From positions 416,001 to 480,000 of the forward strand of contig CAXXXD010000004.1 in the NCBI GenBank assembly GCA_963663385.2: a stretch of DNA of 64,000 nucleotides, written 5' to 3'. Positions 28,698 to 36,977 of the stretch are shown here, in pieces. Source of the DNA: Oceanispirochaeta sp. (GTDB lineage: Bacteria; Spirochaetota; Spirochaetia; DSM-2461). Every line of letters begins with the position of its first letter. The first letter of the stretch is position 1. The position numbers and the translations under genes were made by a program. The notes beneath the pieces were generated by a model, which searched no databases, was not told the DNA's origin, and saw nothing but the letters and a program-made list of their open reading frames with translations.

Positions 28698-30473
28698 ATG
28701 AAAATAAGAATACAATCTATTGTCTTATTGCTGGCGGGGGGAATCAGTTTTTCCCTTTTCAGTACCTTTTATATTCATCACTATAATCAGACAAACAGGG
28801 CAACCCGGGATCTGCAGAGCCAGCGAAATGCCCTGATAGCTTTGAATGATTTTCAGGTAGCTGCCAATAATCAGGTTCTGTATGGTGTGGATCTTATCCG
28901 TACAGGTGATATTTCGGGAGAGAGGATTATCCCCTATCGTATGGCAGAGACGCATTTTTCAAGAGAGATTGAAAGACTGGATACTCTGCTGCTCAACGGG
29001 GAAGCTATCGATAAGATCCTGGAACTGAAGCGGAAAGGGGAAAAACTGGCGGCTTTGTGCAAAGAGGATATGATGGATCCCCTTTATTCCCATAAACCTC
29101 TCAAAGAAGGAATCATCGAACAGCTTATTTACAGGGAACTGGACGGGATTGTTACGGCGTCCAATTCCATTCGTTCGGAATTGAATGACCGGATAAGAGT
29201 AAAACTGCAGATTCAGACAAAGCAAAGTCAGAAGCTTGTTACAATTTATCTGCCGGTTTTTATTCTAATCCTTCTTTTTCTTTTCGCGGTTTTTTTTACC
29301 ATAATTCACCGGAGTATAACATCAATCAACCGGACTAAAAGTTTTTTAAGGAATCTTGCCTCGGGACAGTGCCGGCTGGATGTTGTTCTCCCGGTACAGG
29401 GGAGGGATGAGATCAGTGAGCTCTGCCGCAGTTTTAATGATTTTATGGGGAATCTGAATTCCAGACACCAGGCTCTGAAATCCATCGGGACGGAACAGGT
29501 TCTGGCGGGTGAGCAGTTAAAGCGCATCAGCCTTGAACATGCTTCGGCCCTGACCCAGATCAATCAGAGTCTGGACGCTGTGGACAGGCATTCCGGAGAA
29601 ATATCCGATCAGGTGGAATCCTCGGCGGGTGAGATAAACAGAATCGCCCGGTCATTGAATGTTCTGGAGGAAATGTCCCGGGAGCAGGAGCGGAGGGTTT
29701 CCGGTATGGCGGAACAGGGGCGGGAATTTCATAACTCCATGGCCCTGCAGCAGAGTGCGGTCGAACGGCAGATTGTTCTTACTGAAAAGGTGAAACAGGA
29801 GGGGATGAATAATAAAAAAATCCTGGAGCTGCTCAAAGTACAGATAGAGGAGATCCTCTGCCAGTCCGCGGATATTTCCGGTGCGATTCTGGCGATTCAG
29901 GATCTGGCGGACCAGACGGATATCCTTGCCATTAATGCTTCCATAGAAGCCGCTCATGCAGGGGCATACGGAAAAGGATTTGCAGTCGTGTCCGGAGAAA
30001 TGAGGTCTCTTGCCGATCAGATCCGCCAGAATACTGCAGCCGTGTCTGATCTGCTTACGGACTTGAACGGCAGGCTTCAGCTTATGGCTGACGAGGAAAA
30101 GCAGAACCGGGACTCTGTTAACAGATTGATCAATCAGAATCAGGATGCCGAAGAAGTTATCAGCCTGCTGGACGGGTCTATGGGAAAGATCCGCTCTATC
30201 ATCGGTGATTTTTTCTGTATTCTGGAAGAGGTCCGTACCGGTTCCGGGAAAGTGCATAATGAAACGGAATCCGTCCGGGCCAGCGGAAAACAGATAACTC
30301 TCCATATGGAGGAACTCCGCAGTAAACAGCGTGAGTTATCTACAGAGTGGCGTGAGATGTCTCTGGGTATGTCCCAGCTGGCCAGAGGAACCGGTACGCT
30401 GAATAATCTGAGCGAAGAGAACAGCCGGTTGTCCTCGACCCTGAACAGGGAAATCCGGATGCTGGGGAGCTGA
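28698..30473 (+). CDS. Methyl-accepting chemotaxis protein
   Basis: Two TM segments, HAMP (GRDEI..L..SFN), hairpin QTDILAINASIEAAHAG.YGKGFAVV. Confidence 0.9.
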   Translation: MKIRIQSIVLLLAGGISFSLFSTFYIHHYNQTNRATRDLQSQRNALIALNDFQVAANNQVLYGVDLIRTGDISGERIIPYRMAETHFSREIERLDTLLLNGEAIDKILELKRKGEKLAALCKEDMMDPLYSHKPLKEGIIEQLIYRELDGIVTASNSIRSELNDRIRVKLQIQTKQSQKLVTIYLPVFILILLFLFAVFFTIIHRSITSINRTKSFLRNLASGQCRLDVVLPVQGRDEISELCRSFNDFMGNLNSRHQALKSIGTEQVLAGEQLKRISLEHASALTQINQSLDAVDRHSGEISDQVESSAGEINRIARSLNVLEEMSREQERRVSGMAEQGREFHNSMALQQSAVERQIVLTEKVKQEGMNNKKILELLKVQIEEILCQSADISGAILAIQDLADQTDILAINASIEAAHAGAYGKGFAVVSGEMRSLADQIRQNTAAVSDLLTDLNGRLQLMADEEKQNRDSVNRLINQNQDAEEVISLLDGSMGKIRSIIGDFFCILEEVRTGSGKVHNETESVRASGKQITLHMEELRSKQRELSTEWREMSLGMSQLARGTGTLNNLSEENSRLSSTLNREIRMLGS

Positions 30474-30565
30474 TTTACTTTACACTGTCTCACCGGGTGT
30501 CAATATTGACGGAAGAGCTGCCTGAGGGGCATTTCCGGTCCATGGGGTCCTGATATTCCTTTTTA

Positions 30566-31048
30566 TCAGTTCAGTGACAGATTCCGGATTGTTTTAATCA
30601 TCTCGAACTTTTTTTTGTAATAATTCAGGACAGCCGTATAATGCTCCGGACTTTCTTCGTACTCTTCAAGTGACAGAATTATTGAACGAGTCGTTTTATC
30701 CAGTCGATTCAGTTCTGATTCAAGTCGTTTCAGTGTACTCCGTGGAATAGATCTACTATCCTCTGCCGCATTCAGGGCAACCGGTTTGAGCCTCTGATAC
30801 TCTTTCTCCATACGAATGATCCGTTCCAGATAGTCTCCATCCCGGGGGGCAGTGCTGTTCCCGAAGAAGAATCCGATAAAACTCCCGGTTAACAGTATCA
30901 GTACTGCTGCAGCTGTTATTACATAACGGTTCCAATACCAGTGTTTTCCGGCAGACCTGTTAAGCAGCTCCTTCTGAATTTCCGGCCAAAGATCTCTCTC
31001 CGGCGATACGGTTCCGGAGAGCAGGGAAAGGTCATAGTTTTTTTTCAT
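30566..31048 (-). CDS. Putative membrane anti-sigma factor
   Basis: Overlaps the ECF sigma stop; PERDLWPEI motif followed by one TM helix. Confidence 0.65.
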   Translation of the reverse strand: MKKNYDLSLLSGTVSPERDLWPEIQKELLNRSAGKHWYWNRYVITAAAVLILLTGSFIGFFFGNSTAPRDGDYLERIIRMEKEYQRLKPVALNAAEDSRSIPRSTLKRLESELNRLDKTTRSIILSLEEYEESPEHYTAVLNYYKKKFEMIKTIRNLSLN

Positions 31049-31587
31049 CGTTTCAGCTCCCTGTTCAGGAGATTTTTTGCTTTGTGCAGGTGGGCTTTTG
31101 AAGTGCCCGGGGTTATTTTCATAATACCGGCAATCTCCCGATGGTTATACCCCATAAGATCATGGAGGATCAGTACGCCGCGGCAGCGAAAGGGCAGACC
31201 GGATATGGCGTTCTGCAGATCCAGACGTATAGCTGCTTTATCTGCCGGATCTTCTTCGGAAACCCTAATATCCCGATCCTGTAACGGGACTGGTCTTCTG
31301 TTCAGCTGCCTGCGTCTCCGGAGAATTTCATTCATAGAGAGCCGGTAGAGCCATGTACCGAAGGCGCTTTTCCCCCTGAATGTCTCTATTTTCCGCCAGA
31401 CCCGGATAAATATCTCCTGTGTAATATCCTCCGCCGCCTGAATCTCTCCAGTCATACGCAGGGCTAGTGTATAGACTCCATCTACATGAGTTCTATAGAG
31501 TTCTTCAAAGGCTTTTTTATTTCCCTGAGATGCTTCTCTTACCAGTGCTGATTCACTATCCTCTTCCAGCATTCCTGTTGCCTTCAA
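31045..31587 (-). CDS. ECF RNA polymerase sigma factor
   Basis: AEDITQEIF, FRGKSAFGTWLYR, EIA.IM.ITPGTSKAHLHKA. Confidence 0.93.
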   Translation of the reverse strand: MKATGMLEEDSESALVREASQGNKKAFEELYRTHVDGVYTLALRMTGEIQAAEDITQEIFIRVWRKIETFRGKSAFGTWLYRLSMNEILRRRRQLNRRPVPLQDRDIRVSEEDPADKAAIRLDLQNAISGLPFRCRGVLILHDLMGYNHREIAGIMKITPGTSKAHLHKAKNLLNRELKR

Positions 31588-32759
31588 TCACCCCTTACCA
31601 GAGAAATATGGCCGTTGATTGTGGAGAGGTATATTCGGTTACCCCCGTCTCCTGTGATGCCCTGTGCTGTAATGACACGGCGGACTCCGTTTTCTCTTTC
31701 AGCTGGGGTCGCTTCCCGTTCTTCAATCGTCAGATCGAAATCCGACAGGATATGAAAGTCCTTCAATCTGTGTCCGGAAATTTCCAGCACTATTTCAATA
31801 TCCATGCCCAACCCGTCAGGAACTGTCAGAGAGATATCGCCTCCCAGGGATTCCAGGGTGGCGTCTTTACCGGATTCTGTCGGATCACCTGTTATAACAG
31901 CGTTAATCTCTCCTCCAAGGGTACTGGCGTAGATACGGCCGTCAATTTCCCCGATTCTTATATCCCCGCCCAGAGTTTCGGCATTAACATAGTCGCCCGC
32001 TCTGTCTATGGTGATGTTTCCTCCCAGTGTTTTGGCATCGATCCCGGCCGGGGCTTCGTCAATATTAATATTCCCTCCAAGTGAGTCAACTGTAATAGGT
32101 TCAAGGGTACTCTCCGGAGCAGAATCAAGGTAGACGACTTTCCCTCCCAGAGTCTCCGCCTGGAGGTTCCCGTTCAGTCCCTTTATCCTGATATCTCCCC
32201 CGAGGGTATTTACAGAACCTTCCAGCCGGGAGGTCCCGATAGCTATATCGCCTCCCAGGGTTTCCATCCGGACTTCCCCCTCAAGATTGGTTAAAACTAT
32301 GTCCCCTCCCAGAGTTGTACCTTCGATTCTGCCTTTAACACCGTCAATGGATAAATCCCCTCCGACAGTGTTTACAGTCAGATTGCAGGTTTCGGGAACA
32401 GTCAATTCCATATTGATCCCATTCCGGCCGCTTCTGTTTTTTTCACTACAGCGGGTCTGTATGCGGATTCCTCCGGATTCTTCGTTTATTACCACTTCAG
32501 CCTTTTCTATGGCCGTTCCGTATTTATAGAGTTTTATGGATACTTTTTCCTCTGTTGAAGAACGGATCCATACCGAACCGCTTGTCTCGAGGTCCAGGAT
32601 TAAACTGCTTCCTGTTTTGAACGTTCTTTCTTCCAGGCTTTCTACGGCATTTCGAGGATGATCCGGCGGGCTGTTATACCGGAAGTCCTCCCGGCCGCCT
32701 CCGGAGTAGAGTGGTAACCCCAGACAGAAAATCATCAGTATTATCGACATTAATTTCAT
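31584..32759 (-). CDS. Secreted DUF4097-like beta-strand repeat protein
   Basis: Signal peptide; about 10 copies of (T/S)LGG(D/N/E)I. Confidence 0.8.
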   Translation of the reverse strand: MKLMSIILMIFCLGLPLYSGGGREDFRYNSPPDHPRNAVESLEERTFKTGSSLILDLETSGSVWIRSSTEEKVSIKLYKYGTAIEKAEVVINEESGGIRIQTRCSEKNRSGRNGINMELTVPETCNLTVNTVGGDLSIDGVKGRIEGTTLGGDIVLTNLEGEVRMETLGGDIAIGTSRLEGSVNTLGGDIRIKGLNGNLQAETLGGKVVYLDSAPESTLEPITVDSLGGNINIDEAPAGIDAKTLGGNITIDRAGDYVNAETLGGDIRIGEIDGRIYASTLGGEINAVITGDPTESGKDATLESLGGDISLTVPDGLGMDIEIVLEISGHRLKDFHILSDFDLTIEEREATPAERENGVRRVITAQGITGDGGNRIYLSTINGHISLVRGD

Positions 32760-32803
32760 AAAGACTCCCCCTGGTAACTGTTTTACTGACCCTTATATAA
32801 CCT

Positions 32804-32833
32804 TTAGATACGGCAGGAGCGGAAAAGGTTTAC
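32804..32833 (-). promoter_or_regulatory. Candidate ECF-sigma promoter
   Basis: Minus strand GTAAAC-N15-CGTATCTAA upstream of the DUF4097-sigma-anti-sigma operon. Confidence 0.5.
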
Positions 32834-32841
32834 TTTTTTAT

Positions 32842-33576
32842 TTACTTATGATGATGAAGTCCCCTGTGAGGTATCAGGGAGTGGGGCATCTCCAGCCCAT
32901 GAGTCTCCATCAGTTCCCTGTCGGCCATAATCTGTCTTATGGGGCCTTCCGTAACGATTTTTCCTTCATCGATCAGGATGACTCTGCTGCAGGTTTCCAG
33001 AAGGAATTCCATATTATGGGAGGAGATGAAAAGGGTTTCCCTCATCCCTTTAATCAGTTCTGTAACCTTCCGTCTGTTTCTGGTATCCAGATTGGCAGTC
33101 GGTTCGTCAAAAAGAAGAATATGGGGGTTCATGGCAAGGAGGGAGGCAATGGCAGCCAGCCTCTTCTGACCACCCGAAAGGTGAAAGGGAGCTTTTCCTG
33201 ACAGCTCCTCACCATCCACACGGATCAGGGCATCCCGGACGATTTTCCGGATCTCTTCCCTGCTCAGTCCCATATTCATGGGACCGAAGGCTATATCATC
33301 AAAGATGGTGGACGAGAACAGCTGATCGTCGGGTGACTGGAAAAGGTAGGATATCTCCGGGTTGAATTTGCTTTGCTGAACTCTCTTGCCGTTAACAGTC
33401 AGTTCTCCTTCCATCGGCTCCAGAATCCCGCAGCAAAGGAGAAAAAGGGTGGTTTTTCCTGAACCGTTGGGGCCTATAAGCGCAGTCTTCTCTCCTGCTT
33501 CCAGGTGGAGGGTTATATTGTTTAGAACATGGGTTCCGCAGGGATACCGGAAACTGACATTATGAATTTTCAGCAT
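32842..33576 (-). CDS. cbiO: ECF transporter ATPase (CbiO/NikO)
   Basis: GPNGSGKT, FQSPDDQLF, LSGGQK, DEPT; His-rich tail. Confidence 0.9.
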   Translation of the reverse strand: MLKIHNVSFRYPCGTHVLNNITLHLEAGEKTALIGPNGSGKTTLFLLCCGILEPMEGELTVNGKRVQQSKFNPEISYLFQSPDDQLFSSTIFDDIAFGPMNMGLSREEIRKIVRDALIRVDGEELSGKAPFHLSGGQKRLAAIASLLAMNPHILLFDEPTANLDTRNRRKVTELIKGMRETLFISSHNMEFLLETCSRVILIDEGKIVTEGPIRQIMADRELMETHGLEMPHSLIPHRGLHHHK

Positions 33577-34301
33577 GTTAACTCCAGAAGCAGTATAAAG
33601 GTAGAGCCGGTTATTACAGCCAGAAAAAGGAGAATATCCGGAAGTTTTGTATGAAAATCTTCCATGGTGCGGTAATTCCCGGTAAATCCCCGGAGTCTCA
33701 TGGCGGCATTAACCCTCTGGCTCTGTTCGTAACTTCTGATGATAAGCGTGATAAGGATATCCGCGGAGGTCAGGGTATGGGCCAGGCCTTTCTGTAAACT
33801 GAATCCTCTCAATCTGGCGGCTGTCATCAGTTTTTTCAGATCATCCCTGTACAGAAAAATATAACGGTAGGTTGAGATGAGGATGGCAACCATTTTTTCC
33901 GGAATGCCCACGGCTTTCATGGCATGCATGATTCGCGTCATGCCGGACGTCCCCATCAGGACGGCAAACAGCAGGAATATGGTCAGTGATTTCAGGGCAA
34001 TGATCCCCAGGAGGATCAGGCCTTCTTTGTAAATACCGAATCTCCCCCAGCCAATCAGGAGGGCCTTCCCCGGTGTCAGCAGAATAAGGGGGCTCATGAA
34101 AATCAGGATAGAGAGGGGAGGCTGTATGGCTTTTTTTATTTCCCGTCCCGGCATACGGGAGGCATGGAGGAGAATTGCGGTCACAATTACCCCGGCTCCC
34201 ATAGCTCTGAAACTGCGGGGAAAAGCCAGGGAAAAGGTAAGGATGATAATGGCTGTCAGTTTCCAGCGGTCATCCCAGCGGCTGATCAGGCTGTTTTCCA
34301 T
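33570..34301 (-). CDS. cbiQ: ECF transporter T component (CbiQ/NikQ)
   Basis: TYRYIF, ARLRGF, IRSYE, AMRLRGF motifs. Confidence 0.88.
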   Translation of the reverse strand: MENSLISRWDDRWKLTAIIILTFSLAFPRSFRAMGAGVIVTAILLHASRMPGREIKKAIQPPLSILIFMSPLILLTPGKALLIGWGRFGIYKEGLILLGIIALKSLTIFLLFAVLMGTSGMTRIMHAMKAVGIPEKMVAILISTYRYIFLYRDDLKKLMTAARLRGFSLQKGLAHTLTSADILITLIIRSYEQSQRVNAAMRLRGFTGNYRTMEDFHTKLPDILLFLAVITGSTFILLLELTC

Positions 34302-34903
34302 GATCCGATCATCTCCGGTTTTATCTTCAGCAGCCGGTACAGGATAATGCCGCTTAATACCCCTTCCACCAGTGCCAGGACAGAGTTGCTGATGGAAAAG
34401 AATACGGCAATCCCGGCCAGTTCCTGTCCGGAAAAGAGAAGAATCAGGACAACCAGGATTGTTGCGCAGATAACCGAAAGGAATGTAAGGATCCCGGCAA
34501 CAACAGAAACATAAAGCAGTTTTTCCTGCTTCCGTATGGTTAGCATCCTGAACAGCTGCTGTATAATCAGGGCGGGAAGCATCATGACCACCGAGTTTAC
34601 TCCCAGGGTGGAAATCCCTCCGTGCTGGAACATGACGGCCTGGAAAAACATACCTGCCAGGATTGCCAGAGGAGAGGATTTTCCCAGAATTACTGCCGTT
34701 AAACCCAGCAGGGTCAGGTGAACCGAGGTTACCCCCACTTTAAAGTGAATAAGGGACGCTGTAAAAAAGGCCGCGCCCATTACGGCTATGGCCGGGATTT
34801 CATCATTGTCTGTTTTTTTAAGACTGTATGCTGTCAGAGCGGCAGCCAGGGTATAGCCTCCTGAACAGGCGGCTATATTCAGAATCCCTTCGGAAATATG
34901 CAT
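34286..34903 (-). CDS. cbiM: Ni/Co ECF transporter S component (CbiM/NikM)
   Basis: Metal-binding N-terminus MHISEG; TSVH; QHGGISTLGVN. Confidence 0.92.
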   Translation of the reverse strand: MHISEGILNIAACSGGYTLAAALTAYSLKKTDNDEIPAIAVMGAAFFTASLIHFKVGVTSVHLTLLGLTAVILGKSSPLAILAGMFFQAVMFQHGGISTLGVNSVVMMLPALIIQQLFRMLTIRKQEKLLYVSVVAGILTFLSVICATILVVLILLFSGQELAGIAVFFSISNSVLALVEGVLSGIILYRLLKIKPEMIGSWKTA

Positions 34904-35325
34904 CAGTTTTTTCTGCCTTTAAAATAGAGGGCTGTTCCGGCAGCTCCCCATGTTACGCAGAGAACCATCATCAGTTTCTGCAGCAGGCTCAGGCCGCTGG
35001 AGCGGGCCTCTCCGGCAAGGCCTGATTCATCCACAGGGAGGTTTATCCTGAGACCATGGCCCCCGCTTCCCCTGACCTGCAGAATCCAGGTCCCTGTCCT
35101 GTCCGGTTCAAAGTAAAAAATCCCTGTTGAATCAGTTTTAAGAGTATATGCCGCTTCGGTTCTATCAGGGGGAAAGACCAGCACTTCCGAGTCGGCAAAG
35201 GCCTCACCCGTATCAAAACGGGCTTCCACTTTAATAACCCTGTCCGACAGGATCGAATATTCTGTTCCGTGGGAGTAAAGAGGAAATGTCAGAACCCAAA
35301 GGAAAAGGGGTAGGAATCTTTTCAT
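34903..35325 (-). CDS. NikL/CbiL-like accessory membrane protein
   Basis: Signal peptide with predicted mature N-terminal His (HG), TDSTG.F.F.P..TGTW...GHG, C-terminal TM. Confidence 0.65.
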   Translation of the reverse strand: MKRFLPLFLWVLTFPLYSHGTEYSILSDRVIKVEARFDTGEAFADSEVLVFPPDRTEAAYTLKTDSTGIFYFEPDRTGTWILQVRGSGGHGLRINLPVDESGLAGEARSSGLSLLQKLMMVLCVTWGAAGTALYFKGRKN

Positions 35326-36059
35326 CTTACTACTTCACAGTGGCCTTCGCCCAGGTGTCCCAGGGTTTCAATGGAACCGATTAAAAGGTTGTAATTTTCA
35401 GACCCCTTCAACTCATCCTGTTCCACCGTTAAACGGCCTTCCCCGCTTAAGGACATAAAGAAATCAAAGCCGGGGGAGCCCGTATTTACGTGGTCGTCCG
35501 CATCAGCATCAATATCGCCGAAAATATGGTCAAAATGAAATGTCATTTCAACCTCGGTTTCATCTTCTTTAAGGAGTCCCCTGATACTGTCTCCCACATA
35601 GCCGTCCCTGCCGTCAAAAGTCAGTTCTTCATTCAGCTTGATCAGAAAATCCAGACTCTCCCCGTCCTTTTCCGCCTGTCCTTCCATTATTATTGAGAAC
35701 CCTTTAAACTCTCCTTCTTTCAGGGGAGTCAGGTTGAATTTCAGGGACTGATAGTTGCCTTTGGGAAGATCTTCTAAATCCCCCACTTCTACAATGGGGC
35801 TGTCCTTCAGGTTTACAAGGTAGGAACCGGGAAGTTCCGCCTTCAGTTTTGTATCCCCCGGATTATAGGCGGTAATCCCGCTCAGGTTTACAAGCACCCT
35901 GTCAAAGTTTATGTTCCATCCGTCCTTTGAGACGAATCCATTAGCGACAAAATCTTCACCGTTTGCGGTAAAACGGATTGTTCCTTTGTTGTTCTGACAA
36001 CTCATCAGGGTTATAAGCAGCATTCCCAGAGAAAGCAGGTATCCTGTTTTGTATTTCAT
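35322..36059 (-). CDS. Lipoprotein of the Ni/Co operon (DUF4382-like), candidate metal-binding protein
   Basis: Lipobox LMSC; ANGEDFV..GFVSKDGW, TFHFDHIFGD, GHLGEGHC. Confidence 0.65.
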   Translation of the reverse strand: MKYKTGYLLSLGMLLITLMSCQNNKGTIRFTANGEDFVANGFVSKDGWNINFDRVLVNLSGITAYNPGDTKLKAELPGSYLVNLKDSPIVEVGDLEDLPKGNYQSLKFNLTPLKEGEFKGFSIIMEGQAEKDGESLDFLIKLNEELTFDGRDGYVGDSIRGLLKEDETEVEMTFHFDHIFGDIDADADDHVNTGSPGFDFFMSLSGEGRLTVEQDELKGSENYNLLIGSIETLGHLGEGHCEVVR

Positions 36060-36835
36060 TCTTCCGTGCATGTTATTAATTGAACTCCTAGGATTTTTAT
36101 TTTTTTCACGGTTTCTTCTTCGGGGGCTTTATCCGTGATGATTTTGTGAACAATATTGAGCGGCCCTATGGGACTGAAGGCTATTTTTCTGAATTTACTG
36201 CTGTCCGCCAGAACGATTATCTCGGAAGCGGTTTCTATCATTTTTTTCTTGATGGGTGTCTCGTACATGTTCTGGTCGCTCAACCCCTGTTCGGGAGAGA
36301 GTCCTGTCACTGCAAGAAAGAGCTTGTTCGCATTTACTTCAGAGAAGAACTTTTCTGCCGGTATGCCGGTCATTGTTCTGGAATCGGTATTGAAAATACC
36401 ACCGGACAGTACCAGGGTGATTCCGCCGCTTCCTGACAGTATATTGGCTATGTCCAGGGAGTTGGTTAGAACTGTTATATGATCCTTCTCCCGCAGATTT
36501 TCCGCCAGTTTAATGGAGGTCGTTCCTCCGTCCAGTATAATGGTGTCTCCCCTCTGAACCAGTTCGGCTGCCTTGCGGGCAATCCGGATCTTGCTGTCGC
36601 GGTTTTTGTCCCTTCTGCTATCCAGAGTATTTTCGGACAGTTCGTCCATAACGTTGACCGCACCGCCTTTGGTCCTCTGCAGCATCCCTTTCTCCGATAG
36701 GACGTTCAGATCCCGGCGGATGGTGTTTTCCGATACATTCAGACGTTCTGCCAGATTTTCAACACGGACAGTTTTTTCCGAACGGACTATATCCATAATC
36801 AGCAGGTATCTTTCGGGCTGATACTGTTTATCCAT
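36056..36835 (-). CDS. DeoR/GlpR-family transcriptional regulator
   Basis: LNVSENTIRRDL, RTKGGA, IILDGGTT, LADSSKF. Confidence 0.95.
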   Translation of the reverse strand: MDKQYQPERYLLIMDIVRSEKTVRVENLAERLNVSENTIRRDLNVLSEKGMLQRTKGGAVNVMDELSENTLDSRRDKNRDSKIRIARKAAELVQRGDTIILDGGTTSIKLAENLREKDHITVLTNSLDIANILSGSGGITLVLSGGIFNTDSRTMTGIPAEKFFSEVNANKLFLAVTGLSPEQGLSDQNMYETPIKKKMIETASEIIVLADSSKFRKIAFSPIGPLNIVHKIITDKAPEEETVKKIKILGVQLITCTEE

Positions 36836-36878
36836 AGGGAAATCTTAACAAAGCATAGGGAATAATACAATGCATATC

Positions 36879-36928
36879 TGGTGAAAAGTGATGATATGTG
36901 GTTGAATGTGGTGATAAATGGTTGTAAT
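36879..36928. promoter_or_regulatory. Five phased 10-bp direct repeats (candidate DeoR operator array)
   Basis: TGGTGAAAAG/TGATGATATG/TGGTTGAATG/TGGTGATAAA/TGGTTGTAAT in the deoR-larC divergent region. Confidence 0.55.
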
Positions 36929-36977
36929 CGGGTTGATTTCCTGTTTATCTATGATATATTGGCCATGGAGTAATAGA

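Noticed and set aside
36836..36977. Cobalamin or NiCo riboswitch upstream of the cbiMQO operon
   Set aside because: The gap is short and AT-rich, with no B12-box or multi-stem structure.
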